The notes beneath the pieces are model-generated. The model did not search any database, was not told where the DNA came from, and saw only the letters and a program-made list of their open reading frames with translations. Below are positions 14,701 to 28,186 of a stretch of 64,000 nucleotides of DNA, piece by piece (the stretch's first letter is position 1; every line of letters begins with the position of its first letter). A program made the translations under genes and the position numbers. Origin of the DNA: Paraspadella gotoi (Eukaryota; Animalia; Chaetognatha); contig CM119264.1 of assembly GCA_051294375.1 (NCBI GenBank), positions 10,577,832-10,641,831 of the forward strand. The letters are read 5' to 3'.

Positions 14701-17700
14701 ACAAGATTGAAATGGATGTAGTGTTCATCAATTTTTAGTGTGTGTGTGTATTATTCGGGGTTGTTATCGCTCTTGGAACATGGCTGGCCATCGGATTTGC
14801 AATAGATGAGATTGAGAACTTAGGAGATGAAGAGAGTTATGTTGAATTGGAGGAGAGACGACAAGAGATCGATGAGAAATGCGTCTCATATGTATGTATC
14901 GAAAATAAAAGAGTGATGTAGAGATGTAGAGACAAAGAGATGAGATATAGTAGCACGGAATAACTCGCGACCAATTTAACCGTGCAGCTTGATAGGGATT
15001 GTAAAAACGTGTATCATTCTTTTTTTTTGGTGTCATCGAACATAGGAGACGTAAAATAGACTAATAGAACTAAACGTAGAAAAAAAAGAGCTATAATTAG
15101 AAAGAGAAGATGGCTCGGCTCGGATATTTTTTTGTTGATGGATGCAAGCTGTGAGAAAGCCATGTCGACGGAGAGAAACGGGGATCGTCGAGCAGCTCAG
15201 TTAAATACTTAATATGACCTAGTTCTATTTGTAACGACACACACTCGAAAGGTATATTTCTTTAACTTCCAATCGCGTTCACATCTCGTTATCACCTATT
15301 ATTAGTAGTTTTTAATTTAATATGATTCAAACAAATAGCTACACATGGTGACCAAGCTCGTGCGAGTCGAATACGTCCCTCCTAGATTTACTGCCAGATG
15401 GTATTCACTTGATTCTCTTAGTATGTGAGTTCAAACATCATGAGAGCATGCCGTACTCTCTCCATCTCGCCCTTGTTCTCTTTCTATATCCACCGGACTG
15501 CTCGTTGACCTGAGTCATGCCGCAACGGAACTTTTCAGTCAGTTCATTACAACAAATAGACTGTAGAGGTATCGCCCTGGCGTATTAAGTTTTGAAGAAT
15601 TTTGTGGTAGCCCTTTGGTGAAGCATTGTCGCCTTTAACGTAGGCCCGTTGAACGGAGCAAAGTTTTTTTTTGCCAAATAGCGTTATTTCCAAGAAAGAT
15701 AGAAAAGATAATGACAAATAGGACCACGAAGAATATGTGTACCAAGAAAAAGATAAAGGAGATTTCGCTTTCTCACTAGGCGAAAATGGGCGAAAATATT
15801 TGGCAAGACGCCAGAAACATCGAATAGGTCTCAGGAAAATAGAAAGGAGGACTCAATGTCATTCCTGGATCACCGATCAAGCGTGGCCTATGGCAACTCT
15901 TGATGATCGTACGGGCGTGCCTCGCTTTCTTGACTTTTTATTAAGAGCAATTTCCCTGATTTTTTATTTTCTGACTCTTTGTGCTTTCTCCTTCATATTT
16001 GTTTCTGTTTTTAAGTTAAATTGTAACTTTTTTAAATCAAAATGCACGCGCTGCTGCGGAAATGCTAACGTTAGATAGCTAGTAGTCTCAAGAACATGTC
16101 CAATTTTTAATCACTATGCGTCTAAAATGTCAATGAATCGGATGACGCGAAATGGGAAAGAGAACAGATTGAGAGGATGTTTTGAGTAGAACGAAAGCAA
16201 GACAAGAACTTTGTTTTCTCTTTAACTAAAACGCAATTAAAAGGAGAAAGCTTACACACAATTGTTTTGTTTTGAAAGGATTTTCTTTTCGTCAAGGGCA
16301 GGCTCAGACCTCTCTAATTCTAGTGTATGAGATCTAGGACCGCGGATTTTTTTTTAGCTTTGTTTCGCCGGGATTGTTTCAACTCTCATGCAGCCGTCTC
16401 TGTTTGAAGAGTACCGCCACCGTAGAGTTGTTTTGCACTCGTTTTATCGGTGAGATCGAAAACGAATGCCTTTCGGTCACGTTATCTCAATGCAAATAGT
16501 AATTTATATTTTCGCCATCGGCGCTGTCGAATGGCGTCTTTTTCGTCGGTCGATTGCTATCGTTATTTCAGCGTTCGTCGCCGTCTTCTTGTCATCGTCG
16601 TCAGGCGTTCTAACTATTACTCTATACCAGTCGTTTAATCTTGCGATTGTAATTGGAATAGAAAAATGATAGTCGGGAATGAAGGTTTATTTTGTTTGTA
16701 TCAGGTTTGTGTATTTAAAAAAGACGAAATAGTAAGCGATCGGAAAGTTTTTAAATTTTAAACGACAGCGAGTTTGGCCGAGCAAAATAGTTTTCCTTAC
16801 ACCAAAATGTCATCCACGTAGAAACTCTTGAACGAGCGTGCCCATAATGGTCGTAACGCCAAAACGCTCTCTCTCTCTCTCTGCGTCTGAGGTTCTCCTG
16901 CTCACTCTTCTCTCTCCCCCAGTGGTCCTTCTCATAGCTCGCATTTCCTTCCTATGTCGTCTCTCTTCATCTCTGATCTCTCCTCTCTCAGAGCTACTAC
17001 TCCTCTCACTCTCCTCGTAACTCTCCGAGACCGGCTCGTTTAGTACCTCATGTCCCTCTACATCATTTCGTACATTTGACATTTTATAACGCATTAGTTT
17101 TTCTTTCTGACATTAATCAGAACTCCGGCACACGCCTTAAACATTCTTACTGGCTGCAGTTAATAAATTCGCATTTGGGCCCTTTCGGCCCTGATCGGTG
17201 ATTCACTTCCTTTTCGCCTTTTCGCCATTTGTTCCCTTTGGCCCCTTCGCCACTTCGCCATTTCACCATTCACTATTTTCTTCGTTCAACGCTACGTATA
17301 AGGCGACAATGCTTCCACCAAGCATACCACAAAAATTCTTCAAAACTTACCGCAGGCGATACTTCAGCTTTTCTTGGATGAATGATTGACGAACAGTCGC
17401 GGCTTACAAAAGACGTGGGGTAAAAAGAAGAGAAAAAGAGAAGAGCGAGAGAGAGTTTCGAATTAATACATACATAAGAGAATCAGTTGAATACCATCTG
17501 CAGTAAAGTCTAGAGGAATACGGTTTCACTTGTTTTTATTCCAAAGTGAAACGGTAATGTGAACCGTGAAGAAAATGAGGCGAAGAAACTGAGGCCTGTC
17601 AAACTGCCAGTCTTGTTTCGACTCAGCGAGTCTTTCTTTTCTCTACGTTTTCTTTTTTTTAGTCTTCCAGCTCTGTTAAAAAAAAGAGGACACTCTTAAA

Positions 17701-18082
17701 TCTTAAAATTGCGCGAGTTTCGTGCCATAGTATTGTAATAAATTTTATTTGATAAATATAGATTTCTCAATGATTTCCCTACATATACTAAGTTAAAAGA
17801 AATCGGGCCAGCCATTCAAGAGCGGGAACAACCGAAAACAAAAAATAAAAATGGGAATACCATTCTGAAGATCTACAGATGCTATTAGCCTTAATTTTGT
17901 CGGGTGTTATTATTATCAACTGGTATCATTAAAAAATTTAGGAACCGTAATGTGGATTTTTTTTTTGCCTCTAAATACTCTGTATTTAGTAGTTACTACT
18001 TTTAAAAAATCATAGTTTAAAACGGATAGCTAATTTAACACAATTTTACCAATAATTATTTTTTTAATAAATATTATTAACG

Positions 18083-18340
18083 TATGTGTGGCGGTAATTT
18101 CACACCGCCTCACGGTCCATCATCCTTCAGCCAAATCCATTGCTCAGATGAGGAACACACCATCCAAGTGTAGTGTTTCATCCCAGTCCTAAACGACTCC
18201 CTCTGCGTTGGCAAGCGAGACCGTCCTTGGGGTACCGCGCCAGTGACTGAGACGTTCACTGAGGGTCGGAGCCCACAAAGCCAACAGTGAGATGCCCCAT
18301 CCCAATGGGATCACAGGCAACCCAGCTGTTCCATAGTATG
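18083..18340 (+). mobile_element. SINE-like element, twister-bearing family (copy 1)
   Basis: Colinear similarity to the reverse complements of 47095-47330 and 54546-54785, and to 55219-55470. Confidence 0.75.
18207..18285 (+). ncRNA. Twister ribozyme-like motif, type P5
   Basis: GTTGGC-AA-GCGA-GA-CCG-TCC-TTG-GGG-TA-CCGC-GC-C-AGTGAC..GTTCACT-G-AGGG-TCGGAGC-CCAC-AAA-GCCAAC. P5 is 6 bp, P2 3 bp, P1 and P3 form, T1 is CGG/CCG. One A is missing in L1 and one in L4 (noisy region). Confidence 0.7.
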
Positions 18341-18715
18341 ATTTTTTTTAATAATAAAGAAATCTAAAAGATTTATACGAATTTCAAAGGGGAGTGAAAT
18401 GAAATGAGTTGTTATGACTCTTAACTGAACTATAATATAGACTCAAATTTGGAAATCCGTGTGAATTGGCGGCAATGTGTCGACTTTTTTTTCCGCACAG
18501 GACTCAATTTTACGTCGATTTCCCCCACTTCTCTCTCTCTCTCTCTCCCTCTATCGCTCTCTCCATCGGAATCTCTCTCCTGTTTTTTTGGTTTTTTTTT
18601 TCAATTCACCTTCCTCATTTTTTATCATCATCCAGTATTCTCATTCCATTTCGCGTTGTCTGTTGGCAGCGGACGTTTTTAATCTCAACGTGTTCAGTCC
18701 AGCTTCAGTTCAGTT

Positions 18716-19190
18716 CACTGTCGACTCCACGTCCTGGTTCAACTCTCTCTCATACTACTACTGTCCGTCCTCAGCAGCTGCCCCGCAATTCTATTTCCTT
18801 GCCCACCCTTTTTCTTCTTCGCCAAATTAGTGTTTCTGGACCGAGCATCGCTTTTTTCACGCCCGCTAACAAGTTCTAACGATTCCACGCCTCATACATT
18901 CTGCTGTTTCCCTATTAACTTGTTTTCTAATCCGAAAAGTCAACCCCGCGCGTAATTCCTCTCCTCTATGTTTTGTGCTGTTTCTCTGCCCACGTTCTAT
19001 GACCCTTACCATTCACTCTCGCCTGATCCGAAGCCAGAGGATTTTCCCGTCAGGTAAGGACTGGAGGCCTCTGAGGTATTGAGGAGTTCAGAGTAAGGTG
19101 ATAGAATGAGGATGAGAGAAAGTTGAACCAGGACGTGGAGTCGGCAGTAGTGACTCAGTGACTAGTGAGGCAGCTTTAAGTCTTGCGCCA
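18716..19190. repeat. Short inverted repeat (18716-18752 vs 19110-19152) of a B-box-like SINE fragment
   Basis: gactccacgtcctggttcaac occurs on + at ~18723 and on - at ~19122-19142. The minus copy is preceded by gacttaaagctgcctcact, which is also at 55219. Confidence 0.5.
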
Positions 19191-21920
19191 CCGTTTCTTT
19201 ACATGTATAAATTTAATCAAAAGATTTAAAATTGAAATAATTGCATTTTAAAATTCTTTCGAGATTGCTGTATTTACTTATAACATTTTCGTTTAGGGTA
19301 AGTGCGACTGGGTAAGTTAATTCGATGAGCAATGAACATTCTCATTTACACCAATGACAGTCGGTTTGAAGACGGTGAATGAGATTAAGAACGAAACGTC
19401 GAGTGAGCGAAAAAAATTTTCAAGTATTCCTCGATCTTGTATTGGAATCTTTACATTTTCCCGCCTTTTCTTCTCTCTTTCCATCTTTCGTCACCCAAGA
19501 AACGTCATTTTTTTATGGTTGAGAATTTCTCGCATCTTGCGAAGCCTCGCCTTCGTCGTCGTCTTTCATCCTTCGGTCATCGTCGTCGCCGTCGTTCATT
19601 CGTCGTCGTCGCCGTCGTCGCTCCGTGTTTTTTCTTCGACGAGAAAATTTCCCGCTGCAAATCACTCTCTTTTTCTCTTTCTTTTTACCTCCGACGTCTT
19701 TTGACTAACCGCGGACTTTCGTCATCATTCATCCAAGAAAAGCTGAACAGTATCGCCTGCGGTAAGTTTTGAAGAATTTTGTGGTATGCCTTGGTGGAGC
19801 ATTGTCGCCTTATACGTAGCGTTGACGAGAAAATAGTGAATGGTGAAATGGCGAAGTGGCGAAGTGGCCAAAGGGCAAAATGGCGAAAAGGCGAAAAGGA
19901 GTGATCACCGATCAGGGCCGAAAGGGCAAAGCGAATTTATTAACTGCAGCAGTAAATTTTAAGGCGGTGCCGGATCGNNNNNNNNNNNNNNNNNNNNNNN
20001 NNNNNNNNNNNNNNNNNNNNNNNNNNNNNNNNNNNNNNNNNNNNNNNNNNNNNNNNNNNNNNNNNNNNNNNNNNNNNNNNNNNNNNNNNNNNNNNNNNNN
20101 NAGAGAGCGTTGGCGTTACGACCATATGGGAGTCGTCAAAGTTTCTACGTAGATTTTGTGTAAGAGAAAATATTTTTCGCAAACTCGCGCTTTAAAATTT
20201 AAAACTTTGATTCGCTTTATTTCGTCTTTTTTAAATACAAAACGTAATAAAAAAAAAACCTTCATTCCCGACTCTCATTTTCTATTCCATTACAATCGGC
20301 AAGATTAAAACGACTGGTAAGGTAATAAGTTAGAACGCCGACGACGATGACAAGAACGACGGCGACGACGCTGAAAACGATTAGCAAGACGACGAAAAAG
20401 ACGCCATTGACAGCGATGGCGAAAATATAAATATATGCAGTGACGAAGCATTCGTGATCAGTCACCGATAAAACGAGTCAAAACAACTCTACGGTATCTT
20501 CAAAACAGAGACGCTGATGAGAGTGAACAAACCGGCGAAACAAAAGGCTAAAAAAAAAAAATCCGGGTCAGAATAAGAAAGAGAGAGGAGAGCCTGCCGT
20601 GACGAAAAGAAAACTCTTCAAAACAAAACAATTGTGTTAAGACTTTCTTTTAATTGCGTTTTTAGTTAAAGAGAAAACAAAGTTTTTTTGTTTACAAACC
20701 CAAAAAATGGACATGTTCTGACTCTAGTCTTCATCAGCGCTGATTTGATTTAAAACAATTTAAAACAAAACAAATAGAAGGAAAAAAACCCAAAAAAACA
20801 GCAAAAAGTCAAGAAAGAGGAGGACGACATCAAGGTTCCAAGTCTCAGAGGAAGAATTGAGTCTCCATTTTCTAAATCGAGTTTCGTTTCAATTCCATTT
20901 CGCCATGAAAAAGAAATCTCTTTACTTTTTAAATTTTGGGTTTTGCATTATCTTTTTTTTTTTGGATAAACGCTTTTGGCAAAAAAAATTGCGGATCAGT
21001 TACGAATCATCGTTTGCCAGACCCGGATGTCATTCGGCGAATGAATCTGGCTCATTGTTGCCGCACTGCGTTTGACTCACGAGCTGCAATGAGCATTGAA
21101 CAATTAAAAAAAAATATAAAAATTAAAACTGTAAATTCTTTCGTTTTCAATGACTGGTCATTTAAGTCATTTACATCGTGTGTCTCTCTTGATGCTTTTC
21201 ACGGGCTTTCACCACAACAATAAATCACCGCAACTCAACATTCTCTTTCAAAAGCTTTTTGGAATAGGTCTATTTTCGGCCAAAAAATGAGGTTCCTATC
21301 ATCACATCTCTCATTCTGCTCTCTCTCTTCTCTCCTTCTCTCTCTATCTGTCTCTCTCTCTCGTTCATGCTCTCTCTTCTCTCTCTTCTTCTCATCGCTC
21401 TGCATACATTCTCTGCCTATTCCCATTTCCAACTTCTCCCGTTTGATTCCTTGTGATCTAAGGAAGCCGGGAAATCTCACCCCGTTCATTTGTTTGTTTG
21501 TTTTGGGCGTTTCACAAGCGCACGCAGTCGCAGTGTGTGGACCTCGGCGGGCTTTTAGCGGGCTCCTTGGACCGCTAGCGTTTGGGGGGCGATCCGCTGA
21601 GCCAGGGTGCTTTCCCACGGCCGACGTTGAAGGACGCTTTTGTTAGGCGTCGGGTCTTTTCTACTCTCTGGATGAAAAGGAGCCCGGCTCTTTTCAGCCG
21701 CTAGTCGTTGTTATCGTCATCGCCATCGTCGTCTTTCAACTTGTTGAGACGCTTTATCTTTCTGACACTTTTCGTTTTTGACGTTTGCCTAAAGAAAAGG
21801 GAAAGCCGTCCAAGGACAAGTCTCACTTCGTGAAAAAACGATTTAGTCAACATAAGTATTGTTTATCTATCGGAAGCGACGTGACCGTGACGTTTTCTTA
21901 GCTTACGTCCGTCATCGTCA

Positions 21921-21956
<36 letters not shown>

Positions 21957-22299
21957 TTGGCGCAGAGAAAACGATGATGATTTGATTAGAGAGAAAGTCG
22001 GTGACCCAAGGAAGGAAAAAGGAGACCTCAATCCGAGAAATTCAAGTTAAGAAAACAATTCGGTTGCGAGAAAAATATGGACTAAGTCGCAGTTGTTTAT
22101 ACGTATGTTTTTTACTAATATTTATCTATACTATGTATTAAAGATGGTAAAAGAAAAAAAACAATCTAAAAAAATAGTAATGAAGTCTTTAGCGCTTTTT
22201 TTTGCGTTTTGATGGATGGTCAATGACCATTGGTCATTGGTCACCCATCTTGTGGAGACAAGTAGAGGAAAGCAAGCAGAGATTCTCCCAGATCTCTCC

Positions 22300-23016
22300 A
22301 TCTCTCTCTCTCTTTTTCTTTCTCTCTGTCTATTTCACTTCAAATTCCTCCATTTGTTTTCTCTTTCCTTTCCTGTCTCTTCCTCCCTAGTCGACAAACG
22401 AAACGTCTTCTCATTTTAACCTTTTCCTTTACTTTGTTCGTTTCTGCGTTAGAGAAGATTAAATACTGACGAGTTTGCGTAACGTTTAGACCGAACTCTT
22501 CCCTCTCTCCTCTCTTTCTCTCTCTCTCTCTCTCACTCTCTCTCTGCGACTCCACTTATTTTGAGCGAAGATTTAAGACTTCTGTGGTCGAGGGTGGCCG
22601 CTGAGAACGGATGGAGAGAAGGTAGAGTGAAGAAAGGAAAAGTGATGAAGAAAAGTAGACCGCCAATTGGAAACCGGAAGAGAGAAGACGAGTTGGACTG
22701 GAGTTTGAAAAATTAGGGGAATTTGTGAATTAAAATGTATGAATTGGTACCAGACCAACATACAAAATATTCATTTATTTAATAAATAGGGTCTTTCTTG
22801 CCCCTGACTTGAACCGGCCTTAGGGGATTAATGTGTCAACTGCTTACAAAATATCGGGAACATTAATTAATTAGTTTAAAAATGATGTAATTATTGAATT
22901 CCAAAAAATGCATTAATTAATTTAATTAATTATCCCGAGACAGCCAATCAGTTTAGTCAAAGATGAAGGGAAGGAACCCTGAATTTTAGCAAATTGAAAA
23001 CACACCTAAGGATTCA

Positions 23017-23053
<37 letters not shown>

Positions 23054-24690
23054 GAGAGAGAGAGAGAGAGAGAGAGGTGGGTTGGATGCTTTATCGGCGA
23101 TGACTGCAGTTGCTAATTTACCGAAAATATGACCTCGAGTTTTTGGTTGTGTGTCAGGGAATTTTTCAACGGATTTTTTACAGGAAGATGGATATTTGTA
23201 AAGTCCTGAGTGCACTGAGTGGTCGGCTAACGAAGCTCACTATTTTAAAGCCAAGGCACTTGGAGAGAAAAGGATGATATTTTGGAGAAGTAAGGGCATG
23301 GCGACAGGGGAGTGGATAGCGAGGCTTCACGGAAAATAACGGCCTCTCGTGATGCGTGATCCCTCATGTCCTTTTTTTTAAGTTTTCCCATCTGTGTTTG
23401 CCCCATCGATGAATATTTAAATGTGACATTTTTTTGATAACCTCTTCGTTCCTTTCGCCATAAAATCTTGTTTCCTTTATCATTTTATACGTATTTTTTT
23501 TAACGATGCGTTCGAGTAAAATAAAAAGCTTTGTTCGGACTCTCCTTAGAGTAAGCCATTTTCTCGTCGTCGTAATTGCAAATTCATTCGTTTCCTTTCT
23601 CCTGGTTCGTCACAAATTTTGAGAATTTGAAAAACGACATTTTGTTTCAATATTCTAAAAAAAAAATTCGAGTGAGTAATGAGTATAATTTAAAACTGTT
23701 CGCCAATTTCTTCGCTAAAGTACTGACGGTCAGCTGTGAACAATACAAAAATACCCTCCAGTTTTCGATTCGAAAAACTAATTCCGAGGCTTGCTTTATT
23801 TAAACCTTCCCTTTACACTCCCCTTCTACTCACTTTTCTTTGTGCCAACCCTTTCCAAAAAACACAAGTTTTTAGTTTGATTCTTCTGACATCAAATTGA
23901 TCCGTGCCTAGACGCTAAAACAGCGATGATTCATGTTCAGATCGACAGAACACTTTCAACTTCAACGACAAAGCTCACTACGGCCAACGCCTGGGCTTTT
24001 AACAGGCCACTCATAAAAACGCTCCGACCAGACGCCACTACTTCACGTCGCCAAAAATAATCTAGGCAATGCCACCTCTACAGTTAAGACGCTACAAATA
24101 CTCTACGCCAACGCGCAACGCCATACGCCAAAACGCCCTATTCTAAGTCCGCCGACTCCGCAAAAGCTCCTCCCCAACAGCGCAACGCTCAGTGTCCAAC
24201 GCAAACGCTCAGTGTCCACGCAAAACCCTCAGTGTCCCAACGCCCAAAACGCTCAGTGCCAACGCCAAAACGCTCAAGTGTCCAACGCAACCACGCCCTT
24301 CCCGCAAACCCCGCAGCGTTCAGTCCGCGGTCGCGATTTCCGCGTTTTCTTTCGCGCGTTTTCTCGCGCGCGACTTTTTTCGCTTTCCGCTTTTCCTCAA
24401 ACGCGTTCGCGACAATCTTCTCTTTTTTTTTTTCACTCAGCCGCACGCTTTTCTTCCGTTTTTTTTTTTTCAGTGCAAATTTATCTCGTCTTTTCCCCCC
24501 ACCGGTTCTTTTCTTCCCTGCGGAAAGCGTTAATACTTTTATATAAATGTTTATATATAATTGAGACGCTTTCTCTCCTATTTTTTTTTTCTGTTTCGCG
24601 CAAATCTCTTCTCAATCACTGGCGACGGCTCTTCAAGTCGAGTTATCAAGATCTCCTTTGATAAATTCATCCGCGGTTTCTTAGGACGCA

Positions 24691-24729
<39 letters not shown>

Positions 24730-25740
24730 CTCTCCTCTCTCCTCTTCTCTCTCTCTTCTCTCTCTCTCTCTCTCTCTCACTCTCTCACTACTTCCTCGTC
24801 CTTCCCTTCCTCCGCTCCTCAGTATTTTTTGTGTCGGGACCGCGGCGTCGCTCAACGCCGCTTAAATCTTCCCTTTCATCTCGCTCACTTTCCGAATATT
24901 GGCGCCGTCTTTATCGGTCGTTTCTTATTTCTTGACGCCGTTTCGTCATTGCGTCGCGAGCCAAGATTTCCGGGCCAAGACGCGAATTGGCCAATTTTGC
25001 AAAAGTCCCCGGAACGAGCTCTCAATATTCGGTTAGCGTGTGAAACCGAAAATACCGGGNNNNNNNNNNNNNNNNNNNNNNNNNCGGGGACTTTTGAAAA
25101 TTGGCCAAATTCGCGTCTTGGCCCGGGAAATCTTGGCTCCGACGCCAATGACGAAACGAGCGTCAAGAAAAAAGAAACGACGATAAAGACGGCGCCACAT
25201 ATTCGGAAAGTGAGGCGAGAAAAATATGGACTAAGTCGCAGTTGTTTAACGTATGTTTTTTACTAATATTTATTCTAACTATGTACTATAAAACGATGGT
25301 AAAGTACAAAAAACAATCTAAAAAAATATGTAATGAAGTCTTTTAGCGCTTTTTTTTGCGTTTTTGATGGATGGTCAATGACCATTTGGGATCCATTGGT
25401 CACCATCTTGTGGAAGCACAAGTTAGAGGAAAGCAAGCAGAGATCTTCCCCAGACCGGTATTTTCGGGTTTCACACGTAACCGAATATTGAGAGCTCGTT
25501 CCGGGGGACTTTTGCAAAATTGGCCAAATTCGCGTCTTGGCCCCGGGAAATCTTGGCTCGCGACGCAATGGACGAAACGACGGCGGTCAAGAAATAAAGA
25601 ACGACGATAAAGACGGCGCCAATATTCGGAAAGTGAGCGAGGATGAAGAGGGAGATTTTAAGCGGCGTTGACAGACGCCGCGGTCCGACACAAAAAAACT
25701 GAGGAGCGGAGGAAGGGAAGGACGAGGAAGATAGTGATGA

Positions 25741-25818
<78 letters not shown>

Positions 25819-27470
25819 GAGAGAGAGGAGATGCGTCCTAAGAAACCCGGATGAATTTCTCAAAGGAGATCTTGATAACGATCTTGAATAGGCCGTCGCC
25901 AGTTGGATTGAGAAGAGATTGCCGCGAAACAGAANNNNNNNNNNNNNNNNNNNNNNNNNAAAAAAATAGGAGAAAGCGTTCAAATTATATATAAAACATT
26001 TATATAAAAAGTATTAACGCTTTCGCAGGGGAAGAAAAGAAACCGGTGGGGGGAAAAGACGAGATTAAATTTTGCACTGAAAAAAAAAAAACGGGAAAAG
26101 CGTGCGCTGAGGAAAAAAAAAAAGAGAAAGATTGTCGCGACGCGTTTGAGGAAAAAGCGGAAAGCGAAAAAGTCGCGCGCGAGAAAACGCGCGAAGAAAA
26201 CCGGAAATCGCGGACGCGGACTGAACGCTGGCGGCGTTTGCGGAGGAGCGTTGCGGCTTTTGCGGAGGAGCGTGGTGGCGTTGGCCACTGAGCGTTCTGG
26301 CGTTGGACACTGAGCGTTTTGGCGTTGGACACTGAGCGTTTTGGCGTTGGACACCGAGCGTTTTGGCGTTGGACACTGAGCGTTTTGGCGTTGGCCACTG
26401 AGCGTTGCGCTGTTGGCGGAGGAGCTTTGCGGAGTCGGCGACTTAGAATAGGGCGTTGGCGTTGGCGTTGGCGGTAGAGTATTGTAGCGTTGTAACTGTA
26501 GAGGTGGCATTTGCCATAGATTATTTTGGCGACGTGAAGTAGTGACGTTGGTCGCAGCGTTTTAGAGCTGGCCTGTTAAAAGCCCAGGCGTTGGCCGTAG
26601 TGAGCTTTGTCGTTGAAGATGATGTGTTCGTGTCGTCTGAAATGAATCATCGCTGTTTACGTCTAGGCACAGGATCAATTTGATATAGGAGAATCAAACT
26701 AAAAACTTGTGTTTTTGGAAAGGGTGGCACAAAGAAAAGTGAGTAGAAGGGGGAGTGTAAAGGGAAGGTTTAAATTAAAGCAAAGCCTCGTAGAAATTAA
26801 GTTTTCGAAATGAAAACTGAGGGTATTTTTGTATTGTTCACACTGACCGAGTACTTTAAGCGAAGAATTCGGCGAACAGTTTAAATATACTCATTACTCA
26901 ACTCGAATTTTCTTTTTAGAATATTGAAACAAAATGTCAGTTTTTCAATTCTCAAATTTGGACGAACAGGAGAAAGGAAACGAATGAAATTTGCATTACG
27001 ACGACGAGAAAATGGCTACTCTAAGGAGAGCTTTTTAGTTTTACTCGAAGGCATCGTAAAAAAAATACGTATAAAATGATAAAGAAACAAAATTTTATGG
27101 CGAAGAGGACGAAGAGGTTATCAAAAAAAATCGTCACATTTAAATATTCATCGATGGGCAAACACAGATGGGAAAACTTAAAAAAAGGACATGAGGGATC
27201 ACGCATCACGAGAGGCCGTTATTTTCCGTGAAGCCTCGCTACTCCACTCCCTGTCCGCCATGCCCTTTATTCTCAAAATATCCATCCTTTTCTCTCCAAG
27301 TTGCTTGGCTTGTAAAATAGTGAGCTTCGTTAGCCGACCACTCAGTGGCACTCAGACTCTTAAAATATCCATCTTCCTGTAAAAATCCGTTCGAAAATTT
27401 CCTGACCACCAACCAAAAACTCGAGCATATTTTCGAATTAGCAACTGGCAGTCAATCGCCGATAAAGCAT

Positions 27471-27515
<45 letters not shown>

Positions 27516-27979
27516 TGAATCCTTAGGCTGTGTTTTTCAATTTGCTAAAATTCAGGGTTCCTTCCCTTCATCTTTGACTAAACTGATTGGCTGTCTCGGG
27601 ATAATTAATTAATTAATTAATGCATTTTTGGAATTCAATAATTACATCATTTTTAACTAATTAATTAATGTTCCGATATTTTGTAAGAGTGACCACATAA
27701 TCCCCTAAGCCGGTTCAAAGTCAGGGGCAAGAAAGCCTATTTATTAAATAAATGAATAATTTTTATGTTGGTTGTACCAATTCCATACATTTAATTTCAC
27801 AAATTCCCCAATTTTTCAAACTCCAGTCAACTCGTCCTTCCTCTTCCGTTTCCAATTGCGTCTATTTTCTCATCACTTTTCCTTTCTTCTCTACCTTCTC
27901 TCCATCCGTTCTCAGCGGCCACCCATCGACCACGAAGTCTAATCTTCGGCTCAAAATAAGTGGAGTCCAGAGAGAGAGT

Positions 27980-28012
<33 letters not shown>

Positions 28013-28186
28013 GGAGAGTCGGTCTAAACGTTACGCAAACTCGTCAGTGATTTATCTTCTTACGCAGAAACGAACAAATAAAGGAAAAGGTTAAAATGAG
28101 AAACGTTTCGTTTGGTCGACTAGGGAGGAAAGAGAAGGAAAGAGAAAAACAAATGAGGAATTTGAGTGAAATAGACAGAGAGAAAG

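Larger units (their letters stand above)
138..16213. repeat. Long perfect inverted duplication: arms 138-7486 and 8865-16213 around a 1.3-kb spacer; probable assembly artefact
   Basis: Every ORF in 273-7047 has an identical mirror ORF, with coordinates summing to 16351. Arms abut 25-N gaps (7487-7511, 8840-8864). Identity breaks at about 138/16213. Confidence 0.95.
15660..20995. repeat. Imperfect inverted duplication: ~15660-17405 versus ~19708-20995
   Basis: 17120-17400 is the reverse complement of 19708-19977, and 16340-16870 of 20102-20570. Differences are mostly 1-nt indels. A 124-N gap lies within the right arm. Confidence 0.85.

Noticed and set aside
273-16078. Mirror-image ORF pairs as duplicated genes or a giant TIR transposon/Polinton
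   Set aside because: No transposase, integrase or polymerase motifs. The arms are chimeric, error-rich sequence bounded by 25-N gaps.
22285-22330. PacBio SMRTbell adapter remnant at the inversion junction
   Set aside because: Only ATCTCTCTC matches. The CCTCCTCC/GTTGTTGTTG core is absent and CT repeats are ubiquitous here.
26277-26408. 22-bp repeats as a CRISPR array
   Set aside because: Units are directly adjacent with no unique spacers, there are no cas genes, and the context is eukaryotic. It is a minisatellite.
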